From an uncultured Alphaproteobacteria bacterium (GTDB lineage Bacteria; Pseudomonadota; Alphaproteobacteria; Rhizobiales; Xanthobacteraceae): 64,000 nt of DNA. A program made the position numbers and the translations under genes. Each line of letters begins with the position of its first letter. Position 1 is the first letter of the stretch. The DNA lies in the NCBI GenBank assembly GCA_963843435.1, contig CAWJKJ010000008.1:5306-69305 (forward strand), read 5' to 3'. Below the pieces are notes generated by a model that saw nothing but the letters and a program-made list of their open reading frames with translations, was not told the origin of the DNA and made no database searches. Shown in pieces: positions 63,953-64,000 of the stretch.

Positions 63953-64000
63953 ATGACAGAACCCCATCGCCCGAGGGTCAAGTACGTCATCGGGCCTGAC
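63953..64000 (+). CDS. sciP: CtrA inhibitor SciP (DUF1153), 5' end only
   Basis: MTEPHRPRVKYVIGPD is the characteristic N-terminus. Confidence 0.88.
   Translation, partial: MTEPHRPRVKYVIGPD

Overview
High-GC alphaproteobacterial DNA, most likely Nitrobacteraceae (Bradyrhizobium/Rhodopseudomonas-like). This is judged from the tRNA-Met, pmtA, mnmA, fliK, flgD and sciP core synteny, the CtrA, sigma54 and EcfG-type promoter motifs, and Rhizobiales-type palindromic repeats. Only about 5 kb (37.7-42.9 kb) plus the last ~150 bp are core genes. The rest is two accessory regions made of catabolic and transport cassettes. (1) 1-37.7 kb, abutting the 3' end of tRNA-Met, holds: a REP pair plus a long structured non-coding element, a Tyr/Ser pseudo-caspase, a GntR-controlled aromatic hydroxylation/ring-cleavage cluster, a flavin-monooxygenase (organosulfur-type) operon with a peptide-class ABC importer, a GntR/TRAP/DapA-like cassette, an S9 peptidase with a Dpp transporter, an aldo-keto reductase, and a TetR/FadD/SCP2-thiolase/MaoC/SDR cassette. 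(2) About 21 kb sits between flgD and sciP. It holds a double-HTH GntR with a C45 Ntn-hydrolase, an ABC importer with two binding proteins and an active/inactive CE4 deacetylase pair. It also holds a polyol-type ABC importer fused into one operon with dhaLMK, a private HPr/EI relay and an unannotated HTH-like gene. Many genes, including the housekeeping gene mnmA, carry single-base frameshifts that are best read as long-read sequencing errors, so coordinates of those genes are approximate. No integrase, transposase, CRISPR array or rRNA was seen. Family assignments come from motif recognition, not database searches.
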